DNA from: Solirubrobacterales bacterium
GTDB lineage: Bacteria > Actinomycetota > Thermoleophilia > Solirubrobacterales > 70-9
Direction: 5' to 3'
DNA: 64,000 bases
NCBI GenBank assembly: GCA_035760445.1
Contig: DASTSW010000014.1
Span: forward strand, 27,794 to 91,793
The translations under genes and the position numbers were made by a program. This document shows positions 8,964 to 18,399 of the stretch, one piece after another. Under the pieces are notes generated by a model. That model did no database searches and was not told the origin of the DNA. It worked only from the letters and a program-made list of their open reading frames with translations. Positions within the stretch are counted from its first letter, which is position 1. Each line of letters opens with the position of its first letter.

Positions 8964-10232
8964 ATGAATTACCTCTCCACCGCTCCCCGACAGCAAAGGC
9001 GGCACGCGCTGCTGGCCTTGCTGGCGGCCTTCGCCCTCGGGCTGGTTCTGCTGAACAACGGCAACGCGGACGCGCACCGCGACCACTCGCGAGCCAACTC
9101 CGACCAGGCGCTCGCCCTCGAGTGGTTCGACGTCACCCAGACCACCGTCGCCGCCGCCGGCTACCCGCAGCCGGTCACCCAGACCCGCGCCTGGGCGGTC
9201 AGCTGGCTCGCCGCCGCCCGCGCCACCCAGGACGGCTCCTCGCCGCACTTCCAGCGGGCGGCCTTCGCGACCGCCCTGCACGACACGCTCCTCGCCCAGG
9301 TCCCGAGCCAGCAGCCGCAGTTGGACTCGGCCCTCGCCGCCTCCCTGGTGACGATCCCCGACAACCGCCAGAAGCGGCGCGGCATCGAGGCCGGGCAGGA
9401 GGAGGCGAGCGCGGTCCTCGCCGAGCGCGCCGGCGACGGCCTCGACACCGCCTCGGTCGAAAAACCGTTCACCCCGCCACCGGCCGCACCGGGCGTCTGG
9501 CAGCCGACGCCGCCGAGCTTCGGCCCCGCGGTCCGCTTCGGCCAGAAGGACGGCCGCGCCTTCCTGCTGGCGAGCAACGACCAGTTCCGCCCTGGCCCGC
9601 CGCCGGCGATCGACTCGCCGGAGTTCCTCACGGATCTGGCCGAGGTGCGGTCCTACGGCCAGGACACCAGCAGCGTCCGCACGCCGGCCCAGACCGACAC
9701 CGCCAAATTCATCGTCCAGGACTCCTACGCCCTCTACGGCCAAGCGTTGCGGGCGGTACTGGAGGACAGCCGCCACTCGCTCGAGTGGTACGCGCGGGCG
9801 GTGGCGGCCTTCCACGTGGTCTCGGTCGACGCCCAGATCGCGATCCACGAGGCCAAGTACGTCTACGTGTTCTGGCGGCCGGTGACGGCGATCCGCACCG
9901 GCAGCGTCGACCCAGACCCGACCTGGACGCCGCTGCTGGCGACCCCGCGCCACCCCGAGTACCCGAGCGGGCACGCCGGCTACGCCGGTGCCGCCGAGGG
10001 CGTCCTGACCTGGTTGACCGGGCCACGGACCCCGGAGCCGCTCGACGCCACCAGCGTCAGCGCCCCGGGCTCGGTCCACACCTACACCCGCTGGTCGCAG
10101 ATCACCCAGGAGACGATCGACGGCCGCGTCTGGGAGGGGGTCCACTACCGCTTCTCCGACGAGACCGCCGCCAAAGTCGGCAAGCAGGTCGCGGCCTGGG
10201 ACCTCTCCCACCTCCACAAGCTGGGCCTCTAG
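8964..10232 (+). CDS. secreted PAP2-superfamily / vanadium-haloperoxidase-like protein
   Basis: ATG at 8964 is preceded by AAGGAGG (8949-8955). N-terminal TM/signal segment RRHALLALLAAFALGLVLL. PAP2 active-site motifs RHPEYPSGHAGYAGAAEGVL and GRVWEGVHYRFSDE. Confidence 0.75.
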   Translation: MNYLSTAPRQQRRHALLALLAAFALGLVLLNNGNADAHRDHSRANSDQALALEWFDVTQTTVAAAGYPQPVTQTRAWAVSWLAAARATQDGSSPHFQRAAFATALHDTLLAQVPSQQPQLDSALAASLVTIPDNRQKRRGIEAGQEEASAVLAERAGDGLDTASVEKPFTPPPAAPGVWQPTPPSFGPAVRFGQKDGRAFLLASNDQFRPGPPPAIDSPEFLTDLAEVRSYGQDTSSVRTPAQTDTAKFIVQDSYALYGQALRAVLEDSRHSLEWYARAVAAFHVVSVDAQIAIHEAKYVYVFWRPVTAIRTGSVDPDPTWTPLLATPRHPEYPSGHAGYAGAAEGVLTWLTGPRTPEPLDATSVSAPGSVHTYTRWSQITQETIDGRVWEGVHYRFSDETAAKVGKQVAAWDLSHLHKLGL

Positions 10233-10310
10233 TCAGACGGGTCTAGAGGATCCATGAGAGCGGCGACCCTTCCGGGCGGAGGGGTCGCCGCTCACTTTCA
10301 GGATCGGGCG

Positions 10311-10886
10311 TCAGCCGATGCCGTATGTGCCGGCTGGCGTCACGAACCAGGAGCCGAACTCCTGGTATTCGCCCGCGGGGCCGCCGTCGATGCTGGCGCT
10401 GCCTTCCCCAGACCATTCGATTTCACCGATCGCCCCCGGTTCCACCAGGGTTGTTGTCAATTCGGGGATGCTCGATTCGATCCGTTTCACCGGGCAGCCT
10501 TCGTTGAAGGTCCGCACCAGCGCGGCTTTTGTCACGACCAGGTCGGATGTCGTGACGTGGACGTCCCAGGGCCCGGCGAGCTGTTCGCCGCCGGTCGCCG
10601 TGCAGCCGGCGAGTTCGCCGAACAGGCCCTGGCATTTCGTCGTCGTCAGTTCCGTCACCACACCTGTGCTGCCGGGTTCGGCTGTCAGCGTCGCTTCGGA
10701 CTGACAGATCATCCCGCCGGCTTCGGTGACGAAGATCTGGCTGCCTTCGAGTCCCATTTCGGCGTGTCCCGCTAGGGGCACCCCTTCGTGCTGCCACACG
10801 GCTTCCGCCGAGGCCGATGCCGGGCCGGCGAGCGCCAGCGCCAGCAACGCGACCAGGCCGAGCAGCCCCAATTCGATCGAGGTCAT
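10311..10886 (-). CDS. small secreted Cys-containing protein (hypothetical)
   Basis: ATG at 10886 is preceded by AAAGGAGGA on the minus strand. Signal peptide LGLLGLVALLALALAGPASASA. The mature part is Thr/Gly/Glu-rich with 4 Cys. Confidence 0.7.
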   Translation of the reverse strand: MTSIELGLLGLVALLALALAGPASASAEAVWQHEGVPLAGHAEMGLEGSQIFVTEAGGMICQSEATLTAEPGSTGVVTELTTTKCQGLFGELAGCTATGGEQLAGPWDVHVTTSDLVVTKAALVRTFNEGCPVKRIESSIPELTTTLVEPGAIGEIEWSGEGSASIDGGPAGEYQEFGSWFVTPAGTYGIG

Positions 10887-11034
10887 GTCGATCCTCCTTT
10901 GACTGGTTGAGGGAAACGGGCGTTTCCCCGATTTGGCCCGACGCTAGCTGAGAAATCAGCTGTTTTTGGTACCACTTTGGGAAGCCTGGCCAGGCAAGTT
11001 CCCCACTCTGCGAAGGCGGAATAGGCTCCCGCCC

Positions 11035-11961
11035 GTGAACGTCCTCATCGCCGCCGACATGGAGGGGATCGCCGGGATCGAGCACTATGGCGACTGCCTT
11101 CCCTCCCACCCGCGCCGCTACGCGCGCGGGCGGCGGCTGCTGACCGACGAAGTGCTGGCCGCGGTCGAGGCGCTGCGGGCCGGTGGCGCCGGGACGATCA
11201 GCGTCGGCGACTGGCACATGGTCGGGACCAACATCGAACGCGAGCGGATGCCGGCCGGCGTGTTGGTGCGGCCGATCGCCGACCTGGCCCTGAACGAGGC
11301 TGAGCCCTCGATCGCGAAGGCCCACGGCGGCCCGCTCGACGCGGTGGTGATGGTCGGCCACCACGCCCGCACCCCGAGCCCGCGCGGCTTCTGCTCCCAC
11401 ACCTTCATCTGGGAGATGGAGGTCCTCCTCGACGGCGAGCAGCTGAGCGAGACCCAGACCTACGCCCAGGCGCTGGCCGCGGAGGGGATCCCGATCCTCG
11501 TCGCCGGCGGCGACCGCTGGCTGCTCGAGGAGACCGAGGAGGGCGAGCTCGGCAGCGCCCGCAAGGTCGTCACCAAGGAAGGGCTCGGCCGAGCCCGCGC
11601 CCGTTCCGTCGCCCCCGCCGCCGCCCACGCCCACCTGCGCGAGGCGATCGCCGAGGCGATGGCCGGCCCCCTACAACCGCCCCCGGCCCGCAGCTACCCG
11701 GCCGAGCTGGTGATCCGCGTCGAGGGCGAGGAGATCGCCCGCACCACGGTCGGCGATCCCGCCGACCTCCTGACCGAGATCGCCACCGTCTTCCGTGCCC
11801 CGGCCGTTTCGCGCGAGTACCGGCAGCTGGCCAAGCTGCTGCCGCCCGACAGCTCCCCGCTGCGCTCCCTCCAGCGCCACGCCGGCAGCCTCCTCGCCAC
11901 GCCGGTTATGCGTGGCAAGGAGCGCGACTGGCTAGCGGCCGCGAACCAGGGCTCCGCCTAG
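11035..11961 (+). CDS. M55 family metallopeptidase (DppA-like D-aminopeptidase)
   Basis: The N-terminus VNVLIAADMEGIAGIEH matches the M55/DppA start. The GTG at 11035 was chosen over the TTG at 10966; the start is uncertain. Confidence 0.7.
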   Translation: MNVLIAADMEGIAGIEHYGDCLPSHPRRYARGRRLLTDEVLAAVEALRAGGAGTISVGDWHMVGTNIERERMPAGVLVRPIADLALNEAEPSIAKAHGGPLDAVVMVGHHARTPSPRGFCSHTFIWEMEVLLDGEQLSETQTYAQALAAEGIPILVAGGDRWLLEETEEGELGSARKVVTKEGLGRARARSVAPAAAHAHLREAIAEAMAGPLQPPPARSYPAELVIRVEGEEIARTTVGDPADLLTEIATVFRAPAVSREYRQLAKLLPPDSSPLRSLQRHAGSLLATPVMRGKERDWLAAANQGSA

Positions 11962-12110
11962 CCGTCACCCCTCGCCCAAACGCGCAGCGACCCCGAGCTC
12001 GGGGAGGAGCGCGGGGCCGCTTGGGTGCTGCTGGGCGCCTCAGGGCCAGGGTGAGCCGAGGGCGCTGTGCCTACGGGCGTGGGGAACGCCCGAAGACGGT
12101 CTGGGAAGGC

Positions 12111-14837
12111 CTACTTCTTCTTGCCCTTCCCGCAACTGGTCTTGATCTTGGCGGCGAAGTTGTTCGGCTTGCCGTTCTGACCGGTCATCCGCACCTTGGC
12201 CTTGGGGGTGAAGGAGCAGAGGTCGCGGCTGTTCTCGATCAGGCCCTTGGCGCCGCCCTTCAGCTTCAAGACGAACTTGGAGACCGGGGCGTCGGGGACG
12301 TTCTGGAACCGGGTCCGCACCATCGAGCTTTCCTTGCCGATCGGGACCGAGTCGATGAAGCCGACCAGGGTGACGTGGATCTGGCCGTTGAGGTCGGCGA
12401 CCAGGTCGGGCAGTTCCCTGTCGCCACCGTTGGAGCGGAAGTAGACCGGGCCGCTCAGCGGTTTGTCCAGGAGGGGGGTGTAGGCGGTGGCCTGACCGAG
12501 GACCGAGGTCGCCGGGCAGGCGTTGGCGTTGAACTGGACCCGGGTGCAGGGGTTGTTGATGTGAGCGTTGTCGATGAACTGGGACTTCGGCAGCATCACC
12601 GTGGTCTTGGCGATGTTGGCTTCGCCCTTGCCGGCCTTCAGCACGGCGTTGACCGCCGGGTTGCCGGTGCGGTTCATCTTGCCCTTGAACGCCAGCTTCA
12701 GCGAGGGACCGAAGTCGAGCTCACCGCAGCCCGCGGCCTGGAAGGGGCTCGAGGGAGTTGCGGTCTGCCCCGTCGCCGAGGTCAGCACGCTCGTCACCGC
12801 CATCTGCTTGCAGCTGGTCGGGTTGATCGTGAAGTCCGGCCGGTTGACTTCGACGCGGACGTCGCGGTAGGCGATCGGGATCCCCTGCAGGATCTGCGGC
12901 AGCGGATCGGAGACCGCGGTCACCTGGGCAGTGGTCGGGTCGATGTTGAGAGCGTTGCGGACAGCGACCGTGCCGAGGTCGAAGGGGCCGGCCTGGGCCG
13001 GGACCTTGACGACCATCGAATACGGAGCGCCCTTATATGGACCGGCGAGGTAGGCCGCGGTCGGGGCCTTGCCGGCTTCGGGGACGTAGACCGGGAGCGG
13101 GCCCGAGCCCGCGCCGACGGTGACCTGGCCGACCTTGCTGGAGGCCGGGCACTCGCCGGTGGCGGCCTGCGCGTCGCCGCAGAGGGCGACGCCCTTCAGC
13201 TTGGCGAGCAGGCCGGGCGGCAGGGTCGCGTTCAGCCTGGCGAGGTCGCCTTCGCCGTCGTTGCGGGTGACCTGGAGGACGAAGGGGCTGAAGGCGCCCC
13301 CGGTCGGGTCGACCGTGCCGGCGTTCAGCTTCGGGTCGAAGCCGCCGGTGTTGCAGCCCTGGTTGACCGTGATCGGCGTGTTCAGCTCGACCGGCGGGGT
13401 CCCCGACCATGGGGTCAGCGTGGTCTTCACCGTGTAGGTGCCGCAGCTGCTCGGGTTGGCGAGCGGCGCCCGCGGCCCGTCGATCAGGTTCAGCCGCAGC
13501 CGTTCGAACGGCAGCTGCGGATTGTTGGCGAAGGTCACCGTCAGCTGCCCCGTGTTCGGGTCCGGCGTGACCTTCCCCGGCAGCTTCAGGTAGAAGCCCG
13601 GGCCCTTGACGGCGATGTACATCGCCAGCAGCGAGTTGAACGGGTTGTCGTTCTGCTTCGCCAGGATCACGTCGCCCTGCAGCTCTTCGTCGAGCAAGGG
13701 CGTGTCGATCCGCACCGTGCCGATCTTCGAGCTGGCGGGACAGCTCGGGGCGGCGTTCGAGCCCAAGCCGATCTCAGAAAGAGAGCAGGCGCCGAGGCCG
13801 GCAGCCGAGGAGGAGGAGACAGACATCCCCTCCGGCAGGGTCATCTCCACGTCGCGGACGTGGGAGGTTGCGAGGCCGTTGGGCTCTTCAGACTGCGGCA
13901 CTTCCAGCTCGACGTTGAGCCCAGTCGGCGCGCCAGCGGCGCCAGTGGACGGCGCGACGTCAACCGAAGGGCTGAAGGGCAGCCCATCGCAGCCACCGAA
14001 GACGAACGGGGTGCCGTCGCTGTCGGTGGTGGTGGTGCGGGTGTCGAGGGCGCCGATGTTCTCCCACGAATCGCCCCGGACCGTAAACGAGGACGGCGTC
14101 GTCGGGCAAGACGTCGGTGCGCTCAGGAACGGGACGCGCGGGACGTCAGAGAGCGAAATCGGTCCATTTGCCGGGTTGACGAACCCCCCACGTTCGAGAT
14201 CGTGCGAGGGATCGGAGGGAACGCCCCAGAACTTCAGGTCGACCGCCTGAATCATCAGCGCCTGCGGGATTGCGACGCTCCCGCTCGAGATGCCGTGGTC
14301 GCCGGGACGTACCCGCGCGTCGATGATCGCGAGGGTCCCGAAGGCGTTAAAGCCGAACCGAGCCGGCACATCCGGGCCGTGGTCGAGATTGAAGACTCCG
14401 ACATAAACGGTGCTTAGTCCGGTGTCGGCGGCAAAGGTAACCAAGGCCGTGCCGACCTGGGAGGCAAGCGGGCAGAGCGCGACGCCCGAAGCTGGTCTGG
14501 CGAAATCTTTTGGATCGCAGATGGCGATCCCGGTCGGGTTGCCGACCATGCCCGGAGGCAGGTCGACATCGAGGGAGTGAACCATCTCGTCCGGCCCGGG
14601 ATTCGGTTTGCCTTCGACGACCGCGTCGGGGTTCACCGGGAACGAGAAGCTGGTCGTGAAGTCAGGGTGCGATCCTGCCTGCCTTGAGAATGCCCCGTTT
14701 TCGTCGAGGTCGAACTCGACGGCATCAAAGCTGAGATCGGCTCGAGCCGAGGCGGCAAGCCCCAGCGTCAGAAGAGCGGTCGCGAGAGCGATCGCGCTCG
14801 CAATCGTGCGGGTCCTCCAGTTGTGGTGCGCGATCAT
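12111..14837 (-). CDS. 908-aa secreted protein built from four repeats of an uncharacterised Cys-pair module, with a Lys-rich C-terminal tail
   Basis: The ATG at 14837 overlaps the stop of the upstream gene (ATGA, 14834-14837). Signal peptide RTRTIASAIALATALLTLGLAASARA. Recurrent signature LP.G...C...CP.SS.(V/I)G. Ends in ...AAKIKTSCGKGKKK. No family recognised. Confidence 0.8.
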   Translation of the reverse strand: MIAHHNWRTRTIASAIALATALLTLGLAASARADLSFDAVEFDLDENGAFSRQAGSHPDFTTSFSFPVNPDAVVEGKPNPGPDEMVHSLDVDLPPGMVGNPTGIAICDPKDFARPASGVALCPLASQVGTALVTFAADTGLSTVYVGVFNLDHGPDVPARFGFNAFGTLAIIDARVRPGDHGISSGSVAIPQALMIQAVDLKFWGVPSDPSHDLERGGFVNPANGPISLSDVPRVPFLSAPTSCPTTPSSFTVRGDSWENIGALDTRTTTTDSDGTPFVFGGCDGLPFSPSVDVAPSTGAAGAPTGLNVELEVPQSEEPNGLATSHVRDVEMTLPEGMSVSSSSAAGLGACSLSEIGLGSNAAPSCPASSKIGTVRIDTPLLDEELQGDVILAKQNDNPFNSLLAMYIAVKGPGFYLKLPGKVTPDPNTGQLTVTFANNPQLPFERLRLNLIDGPRAPLANPSSCGTYTVKTTLTPWSGTPPVELNTPITVNQGCNTGGFDPKLNAGTVDPTGGAFSPFVLQVTRNDGEGDLARLNATLPPGLLAKLKGVALCGDAQAATGECPASSKVGQVTVGAGSGPLPVYVPEAGKAPTAAYLAGPYKGAPYSMVVKVPAQAGPFDLGTVAVRNALNIDPTTAQVTAVSDPLPQILQGIPIAYRDVRVEVNRPDFTINPTSCKQMAVTSVLTSATGQTATPSSPFQAAGCGELDFGPSLKLAFKGKMNRTGNPAVNAVLKAGKGEANIAKTTVMLPKSQFIDNAHINNPCTRVQFNANACPATSVLGQATAYTPLLDKPLSGPVYFRSNGGDRELPDLVADLNGQIHVTLVGFIDSVPIGKESSMVRTRFQNVPDAPVSKFVLKLKGGAKGLIENSRDLCSFTPKAKVRMTGQNGKPNNFAAKIKTSCGKGKKK

Positions 14838-17800
14838 CGGCCAGCCCCCCGGTTGTTCTTGGTGTCTCGTTTCTTGCTCTGGTGCTTGTTCTTCACGCAG
14901 CGCGTCTTGCCGTTTTTGCGGACCTTGTGGGTCCCATTGCGGCAGTGGAGCTTCTTCGCCTTGGAGCCACGTGGGTTCTTGGCAGCCGAGCTGCCGAGGC
15001 TCGGGGCCGTCAGCGGGACGCTTCCCGCACTGCGACACGCTTCGCCACTGCACTCAGCTGGCGGCGGAGGCGGTTCGGGGAAGCCGCCGCCGATACGGGC
15101 GGCGTAGAGGTCATAGGCCCCGTCGGTGTCCTGCTTGACGATCCCCTCAGCCGTGGTGAAGAACACGGTGCTGCCATCGGTCGAGATGTCGGCCAGATTC
15201 ACCTCGAAATCTCCATCTCCCGGACTGATCAGCGTCAGTCGGCCGTCAAAGTACTCATAGACGTCCTTGCTACCGTTGCGATCCGCGCTGACCAGCGGCG
15301 TGCTCGACATGAAGTAAGCGTGGCCGTCATCAGTGACTACTTGCGAGAGGCGGTTGCTGTAGGGCCGGTCTGGAACCGGCACACTTCCATCGCTGGAGCC
15401 GCCTGGCCGACACGAGACGCAGCTCTCCTCTCCGGAGACAGCGTCATAGAGGTGGGCCTGGCCGTCACCTGCGGAGAAGAGGAAAAAGTGTCCGTTAGGA
15501 CTCGGGTAGCCGTACCTTCCAGCCTCGATGGTTTCGGGGAAGACGGTGTCTAGCTGACCATCGCGCCAGGCAACGAGCTCGCCGTTGCTGTTGAAGTAGA
15601 CGGTTCTACCGTCATCGCCGATGCCCACGACGGCTTCGGTGAGGTCGTTGCTCCCGCTTAGGGGGCCGAGATACTCGAGCTCTCCGTAAATTGCGTCGTA
15701 CCGGTAGATCTTTTGCCCTATTTCGGGGGCGCTGTCGGTGAGCTGGGCGGGGGAGTGAAAGATGACAAAGCGCCCATCGCGGCTCATTCCGTCTGCTATC
15801 CCCGGCTGAGCACCAGCCGGGCCACCGCTCGCCTGGGAGACCGAGATCGCCTCCGTCTGTCCACCTGCGCGCCTGTAGACGCCTTTCTCACCGCTGGTCA
15901 GAGAGAAGGCGAACGTTTCGCCATCGTCCGATACAAGCGGATTCGTGGTCTGGATGGCTGACTGGAACCAGGCGTTCCCGGTGGGAACGGCATCGCCCGG
16001 CAACAGCGAGACCAAGGAGAGCCCGCCCGTCTTCGACCATTTGTACATCGCGACCTGTGGTGCGCCCGGCAGCAGTGGATAGCGGGAGATCAGGACCACC
16101 CAGCTGAAGTCCGGCGCCCCTGCGATGAAGGAGGTGAGGCTGAGCGGGCCGACCAACTGGGCGAACGCACCGGGCTGCGTCGTGGTGCCGACGAGGTGGT
16201 AGGCGCCGGTGTCCACGTCGTTGACGTAGAAGTTACCCGCGTCCTCGACTGCGTCCGGCGTAAGCGCCTTCTGACTGACCACGAGCGTGTGCTCGAAGTC
16301 GTCGGACACTGCTTGCGTGGTCCCGAACGTAATCGCCCGAATCGGGTTGATCGGCGGGTCGAGCGGCAGCGGGTCGTTCCAGCCGCTCGGGCCGCGCCGC
16401 GACAGGTATCGGGAAGCCTGAGAGGAACCCGAGGCCTCTGAGGACGGCGACGAGGCCGTGAAGGCAATCGCCGAGCCGTCAGCCGATCCTTGGTAGCCAT
16501 AGCTGTTGAAGATCGAAAGGCCGTTCTTCACCGGAGGGGTCACCATCTCGTAACCACGTTGCGGTGCCGCCTCGTCCACACCGAGGGTGGCGAAGGTGCG
16601 GTCTTCGCCGAGGCTGGTACCCGCGGCATTGGTGGCTACCAGGCGATAGTGGTAGGTGGTTCCCGGCTGTAGGCCTTTGAGGGTCTGGGTGAACGTCCGC
16701 GGCGAACGTTCGTTGCCGGCGATCGCCTCCGGTCCGGCCGGAGCGTCGCTCCCGTAGCCCGTCGTCAGCCCGTACTCGAAGTGGTAGGTGGTCTGGCCGC
16801 CGAAGGTGCCGATCGTGCCGGAGAGCTGGGCCGTGCTGTCGGTGATCGAACCTGCCTGCCCGGTCTGCACATCCGGGGGGGCCAAAGCCGTTTTGAACGT
16901 TGCGGTGGCCGAGATTCGCTCCGCGTTGTCCGCTTCGTTGACAGCAGTGACCCGCAGGAGGTACTCGGTGTTCGATTCGAGGCCGCTGGCGTCGGCTTCG
17001 GCGGTGTCCTGTGGATCTGACAAGCCCGTTTCTTCGGCAATCACGTGCCAGGGGCTTTCCCCTTCCGATCCCAGGTATTCCCCACAGGGATCCGAGAGCA
17101 GGCAGTATTCGATCCGGGCGGCGGTTGGCTCGCCGCCGGTGGCGACAGCGGCCGTCAGGTGCGCGCCGGTGGTGGTGATTGCCGAGGCCACCGGCGGATC
17201 GACTCCAGGCTGCGTGCCGAGGGCCAACACGTGGACCCCCCCATTGATGAGGCCCAGATATAGCTTGGTGCCGTCAGGAGAGAATGCCAGCCCACCGATA
17301 CCTTCGGCCCGTGCGGCCGGCAACCGAATCGTGTCTTTGAGGTCGTTGGCGGCCGAGTAGATCTTGACCACCCTTTCAGCACCCTGTGGCAGCTCGACCG
17401 CGACGTCGCCAGTCTGTGGGTTGACCGCGATACCAGCGCCCCAATTTCCCGACACCGGTACTTTCAGTTCCCCTTTCCAGCTGCCGTCCCCGCCCATGTG
17501 CTCGACACGACCCGGACCGGCGATGACGTAAATGTCCCCGTTGGGGGCGACGGCAACCGACCGAGGGTTGATCCCTCCCCGTTCGGCGGTCGAGCCGTCG
17601 AAGGACGACAGAAGCTCTCCGGAGTCGGCATCGAAGCGATAAATGCCACCGCTTCCACCTACGATCAGGTCGCCGGTGGACGGGTCCACCGCGATACCTC
17701 CCACCCCACCGAGCAGGATGCTTGGAGCCCAACTCGAGTCCACGGTGTAGGTGGGCGGGGAAGCCCCGTCGCTCGTGTATTTTTCGAGTTGCGGTGCCCC

Positions 17801-18211
17801 GAAGGTCCAAAATTCATTGACCGTAAACAGGGTGCTGCCGTCCGGGCTGACGGCGACATTCGCCGGCGGGGTGTTCGTCGTCGGGCGGGTTACAGACGTC
17901 CCATCCGGTTCGACGACGTCGACCGTTCCAGATCCCCCATCGCCAGGGCGGGCGATGAAGACCCTGCCGTCGTCGTTGCTGACCGCGACCGAGTTGAACG
18001 ACACCGCAAACCCGTAAGTGCCGGTGTCAGCCGTGCCGATATCGCCCTGGTAGCCGTAGGAGGTACCGGCCGTGGCGGCAGCCGCGGGGGACGCGGACAC
18101 TGCCAAAGCCGCGCACGCGAGCGCAGCCAGGAGCAACCAGGACAGGACGTTCCGGGCGATGCCCATGCCGTCGGTGGTCGCTGCTGATACTGCCTTCGCG
18201 TGGCTTCTCAC
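14834..18211 (-). CDS. ~1125-aa secreted multi-domain protein: NHL/YVTN-like beta-propeller, two Fn3-like domains, a PD40/TolB-like beta-propeller and a Cys/Lys-rich tail
   Basis: GTG at 18211 follows AAGGAGAG (18216-18223, minus strand); the alternative ATG at 18166 gives MGIARNVLSWLLLAALACAALAVSASPAAA. Fn3-type motifs TTYHFEYGLTTGYG and TTYHYRLVATNAAGTSLGEDRTF. PD40-type motif DVYEYFDGRLTLIS. Tail PPPPPAECSGEACRS...KKLHCRNGTHKVRKNGKTRCVKNKHQSKKRD. Confidence 0.8.
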   Translation of the reverse strand: MRSHAKAVSAATTDGMGIARNVLSWLLLAALACAALAVSASPAAAATAGTSYGYQGDIGTADTGTYGFAVSFNSVAVSNDDGRVFIARPGDGGSGTVDVVEPDGTSVTRPTTNTPPANVAVSPDGSTLFTVNEFWTFGAPQLEKYTSDGASPPTYTVDSSWAPSILLGGVGGIAVDPSTGDLIVGGSGGIYRFDADSGELLSSFDGSTAERGGINPRSVAVAPNGDIYVIAGPGRVEHMGGDGSWKGELKVPVSGNWGAGIAVNPQTGDVAVELPQGAERVVKIYSAANDLKDTIRLPAARAEGIGGLAFSPDGTKLYLGLINGGVHVLALGTQPGVDPPVASAITTTGAHLTAAVATGGEPTAARIEYCLLSDPCGEYLGSEGESPWHVIAEETGLSDPQDTAEADASGLESNTEYLLRVTAVNEADNAERISATATFKTALAPPDVQTGQAGSITDSTAQLSGTIGTFGGQTTYHFEYGLTTGYGSDAPAGPEAIAGNERSPRTFTQTLKGLQPGTTYHYRLVATNAAGTSLGEDRTFATLGVDEAAPQRGYEMVTPPVKNGLSIFNSYGYQGSADGSAIAFTASSPSSEASGSSQASRYLSRRGPSGWNDPLPLDPPINPIRAITFGTTQAVSDDFEHTLVVSQKALTPDAVEDAGNFYVNDVDTGAYHLVGTTTQPGAFAQLVGPLSLTSFIAGAPDFSWVVLISRYPLLPGAPQVAMYKWSKTGGLSLVSLLPGDAVPTGNAWFQSAIQTTNPLVSDDGETFAFSLTSGEKGVYRRAGGQTEAISVSQASGGPAGAQPGIADGMSRDGRFVIFHSPAQLTDSAPEIGQKIYRYDAIYGELEYLGPLSGSNDLTEAVVGIGDDGRTVYFNSNGELVAWRDGQLDTVFPETIEAGRYGYPSPNGHFFLFSAGDGQAHLYDAVSGEESCVSCRPGGSSDGSVPVPDRPYSNRLSQVVTDDGHAYFMSSTPLVSADRNGSKDVYEYFDGRLTLISPGDGDFEVNLADISTDGSTVFFTTAEGIVKQDTDGAYDLYAARIGGGFPEPPPPPAECSGEACRSAGSVPLTAPSLGSSAAKNPRGSKAKKLHCRNGTHKVRKNGKTRCVKNKHQSKKRDTKNNRGAGR

Positions 18212-18327
18212 AAAGCTCTCCTTCTTGCTGTGGGCCCCTGGTGCCCGTTCCCGAAACGGCGCGAGGGCGGGTGGCTTCCCTGCCTGTCGAACCGGATCCC
18301 TGTGTCGCCTCCCTGGCGAACGGCGTG

Positions 18328-18357
18328 AATATAAACGTATTCCCTCTGGAAAGTCAA
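18328..18357 (-). promoter_or_regulatory. sigma70-like promoter candidate for the giant exoprotein operon
   Basis: On the minus strand, TTGACT (18357-18352), N18, TATATT (18333-18328). It lies just downstream of the TetR stop at 18400 and ~115 nt upstream of the GTG at 18211. Confidence 0.4.
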
Positions 18358-18399
18358 GGCCGGTTTTTGGACGGATGGCATACGTCTTCAAAAGGCTGC

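Noticed and set aside
10946-10967. AGCTGA-GAAA-TCAGCT hairpin plus GTTTTT upstream of the M55 peptidase gene, considered as a terminator or attenuator.
   Set aside because: The stem is only 6 bp and of moderate G+C. No + strand gene lies upstream, and the element overlaps a possible TTG start. This is too weak to call.
11991-12004. The 14-nt palindrome CCCCGAGCTCGGGG between the convergent M55 and exoprotein genes, considered as a bidirectional terminator.
   Set aside because: The effective stem is about 5 bp with a 4-nt loop, and there is no U-tract on either strand. I cannot distinguish it from a chance GC-rich palindrome.
12021-14417. Very long ORFs antisense to, or out of frame with, the genes I call. 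Examples: 12021-14417 (+, 798 aa), 2259-4007 (+), 4277-6049 (+), 6614-8110 (-), 38382-40397 (-), 54648-56651 (+), 59589-60887 (+).
   Set aside because: Their translations are Arg/Gly/Asp/Pro/Ala-rich low-complexity strings with no motifs, and they overlap ORFs that have clear family signatures. This is typical shadow-ORF behaviour in high-GC DNA, where stop codons are rare in every frame.
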